Position numbers and translations under genes: made by a program. From positions 6,600,522 through 6,664,521 of the forward strand of contig MU058781.1 in NCBI GenBank assembly GCA_013265495.1: a DNA stretch of 64,000 nucleotides. The letters are read 5' to 3'. Below are positions 63,855 through 64,000 of the stretch, in pieces. Each line of letters starts with the position of its first letter. The first letter of the stretch is position 1. The stretch comes from Vicugna vicugna (lineage: Eukaryota). A model generated the notes under the pieces. That model did not search any database. It saw only the letters and a list, made by a program, of their open reading frames with translations, and was not told where the DNA came from.

Positions 63855-64000
63855 CTGAGGGAACACCAGGGGCTGTGTCAGCAGCATGGTAAAAGGCACA
63901 AAACCCAGACCCAGGAGCCAAAGAGATAACTGGGGGAACTTTTTCTTAATAGACTTATTCGACTAATACCTAGGGAAGGAATAACAGAACTACAGCCACT

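Overview
This is mammalian genomic DNA, most likely from a camelid (alpaca or camel), judged by six copies of a tRNA-derived SINE of the camelid Vic-1 type. The window holds the 3' two-thirds of KIF13A (kinesin-3) on the minus strand. I traced 25 consecutive coding exons from the FHA domain (about exon 15, human numbering from memory) to exon 39, and every splice phase is consistent. One intron is GC-AG. An alternative last exon (GSAGTR*) is reached through a donor inside exon 39. The rest is intron or intergenic DNA with SINE, L1, L2, MIR, LTR and DNA-transposon relics. The main finding is that the 3' UTR directly after the exon 39 stop codon reads as a decayed CAP-Gly domain (LPSWL/VGEQVC...GTMKY...F*TGVWVHVELSIHM-G). 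It ends at an intact phase-1 donor, where I recall KIF13B splitting its CAP-Gly. A weaker candidate for the second half (YCLPSMGLISKKPSRL) lies about 6 kb downstream. This looks like a molecular fossil of how mammalian KIF13A lost its CAP-Gly tail. There is also an orphan minus-strand micro-exon plus terminal exon with AATAAA at about 5.0-6.6 kb. All comparisons with other proteins and repeat consensi are from memory, with no searches run. No prokaryotic-type systems are present.
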